This document shows, one piece after another, positions 54,801-56,496 of a stretch of DNA of 56,496 nt (position 1 is the first letter of the stretch; the number at the start of each line of letters is the position of its first letter). The position numbers and the translations under genes were made by a program. Below the pieces are notes generated by a model that worked only from the letters and a program-made list of their open reading frames with translations, was not told where the DNA came from and searched no databases. Source of the stretch: Eledone cirrhosa (Eukaryota); the NCBI GenBank assembly GCA_964016885.1, contig CAXHJY010001031.1, positions 1 through 56,496 of the forward strand, given 5' to 3'.

Positions 54801-56496
54801 AAAATTATCTCCCCTTGGACGGCTGGAAATTACCTCCCCTTGGACGGCTGGAAATTATCTCCCCTTGGACGGCTAGAAATTACCTCTCATTGGACGGCTG
54901 AAAATTATCTCCTCTTGGACGGCTGGAAATTATCTCCCCTTGATTTTTTTTACATATTATCTCCCCCTGATTTTTTTTTACAAATTATCTCCCCCTGATT
55001 TTTTTTACAAATTATCTCCCCCTGATTTTTTTTACAAATTATCTCCGCCTAATTTTTTTAAATATTATCTTTCCTTGGCTGGCGGGAAATTATCTCCCCT
55101 TGGACGGCTGAAAATTATCTCCCCTTGGACGGCTGGAAATTATCTCCCCTTGATTTTTTTAAAAAATTATCTCCCCCTGATTATTTTTTACAAATTATCT
55201 CCCCCTGATTTTTTTTTACAAATTATCTCCCCCTGATTTTTTTTACAAATTATCTCCCCCTGATTTTTTTACAAATTATCTCCCCTTGGCTGGCTGGAAA
55301 TTATCTCCCCTTGGAGGCTGGAATTTATCTCCCCTTGTACGGCTAGAAATTACCTCTCCTTGGACGGCTGGAAAATATGTCTCCTTGGACGGCTGGAAAT
55401 TATCTCCCCTTGGACGGCTGGAAATTATCTCCCCTTGGACGGCTGGAAATTATCTCTCCTCGGACGGCTAGAAATTACCTCTCCTTGGACGGCTGAAAAT
55501 TATCTCCCCTTGGACGGCTGGAAATTATCTCCCCTTGATTTTTTTTACAAATTATCTCCCCCTGATTTTTTTTTACAAATTATCTCCCCCTGATTTTTAT
55601 TTACAAATTATCTCCCCCTGATATTTTTTTACAAATTATCTCCCCCTGATTTTTTTACAAATTATCTCCCCTTGGCTGGCTGGAAATTATCTCCCCTTGG
55701 AGGCTGGAATTTATCTCCCCTTGGACGGCTAGAAATTACCTCGCCTTGGACGGCTGGATAATATGTCTCCTTGGACGGCTGGAAATTATCTCCCCTTGGA
55801 CGGCTGGAAATTATCTCCCCTTGGACGGCTGGAAATTATCTCCCCTTGGACGGCTAGATATTACCTCCCCTTGGACGGCTGGAAATTATCTCCCCTTTAT
55901 TTTTTTTTACAAATTATCGCCCCCTGATTTTTTTTTACAAATTATCTCCCCCTGATTTTTTTTTACGAATTATCTCCCCCTGATTTTTTTTACAAATTAT
56001 CTCCGCCTGATTTTTTTTTAAAAATTATCTCCCCTTGGACGGCTGGAAATTATCTCCCCTTGGACGGCTGGAAATTATCTCCCCTTGGACGGCTAGAAAT
56101 TACCTCTCCTTGGACGGCTGAAAATTATCTCCCCTTGGACGGCTGCAAATTATCTCCCCTTGATTTTTTTAACAAATTATCACCCCCTGATTTTTTCTTA
56201 CAAATTATCTCCCCCTGATTTTTTTTTACAAATTATCTACGCCTAATTTTTTTTACAAATTATCTCCCCCTGATTTTTTTTTACAAATTATCTCCCCCTG
56301 ATTTTTTTTTACAAATTATCTCCCCCTGATTTTTTTACAAATTATATCCCCCCTGATTTTTATTACAATCTCCGCCTGATTTTTTTAAAAATTATCTTCC
56401 CTTGGCTGGCGGGAAATTATGTCCCCTTGGACGGCTGGAAATTATATCCTCTTGGAAGGATGGAAATTATCTCCCCTTGGACGGCTGGAAATTATC

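Larger units (their letters stand above)
1..56496 (+). repeat. Composite tandem satellite array of two alternating monomer types (25-bp A, ~27-bp B) sharing the core AAATTATCTCCCC; extends past both window edges
   Basis: The core AAATTATCTCCCC or a close variant recurs every ~21-29 bp from the first base to the last, always in the same orientation. It is followed either by TTGGACGGCTGG (A) or by (C/T)TGA-T7-9-AC (B). No unique sequence seen. Confidence 0.99.

Noticed and set aside
209-55955. The many + strand ORFs of 60-260 aa (LSPLGRLEIISPWTAGNYLPLDGWK and YKLSPPDFF repeats)
   Set aside because: The consensus 25-bp monomer has no + strand stop codon, so three monomers give the same 25-aa peptide in all frames. 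Starts are mostly TTG from the repeat, and frames are broken by variable T-runs and TAG/TGA variants. The minus strand has TAA in each core, which explains the absence of ORFs there.
1-56496. CRISPR array (constant repeat plus variable spacer)
   Set aside because: The constant part is only ~13 bp, the spacers are ~12-15 bp of just two recurring types, and there are no cas genes or leader.
1-56496. Telomerase-made telomeric tract (25-bp unit, strand bias)
   Set aside because: Two monomer types with kb-scale inherited variant patterns indicate recombinational amplification and not template addition. It does not match any telomere repeat I know. A subtelomeric location cannot be excluded.
1-56496. 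Plasmid or phage iterons, or a DGR or shufflon cassette system
   Set aside because: No rep, reverse transcriptase or recombinase gene, no inverted units, and the scale far exceeds iteron arrays.

Overview
The whole 56.5 kb window is one uninterrupted, single-orientation satellite array. I find no credible genes, RNA genes, transposons or CRISPR arrays. The array is built from two short monomers that share a 13-bp core (AAATTATCTCCCC). Monomer A is 25 bp (GGACGGCTGGAAATTATCTCCCCTT) and monomer B is about 26-28 bp (GA-T7-9-ACAAATTATCTCCCCCT). They alternate in runs of up to about 13 A or 11 B, giving roughly 2,100-2,200 monomers (window length divided by ~26). Recurrent variant monomers define a small set of 0.2-0.5 kb modules that are reshuffled into irregular higher-order repeats. 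These include an apparently exact 8,123-bp tandem duplication (470-16715), a 3.4-kb tandem duplication (45001-51838) and several dispersed near-identical segments. The only break in the pattern I found is a ~125-bp core-less microsatellite at 40081-40205. All listed ORFs are translation artefacts of the repeat. A eukaryotic heterochromatic or centromeric origin is plausible but is inference; I do not recognise the family or the organism.
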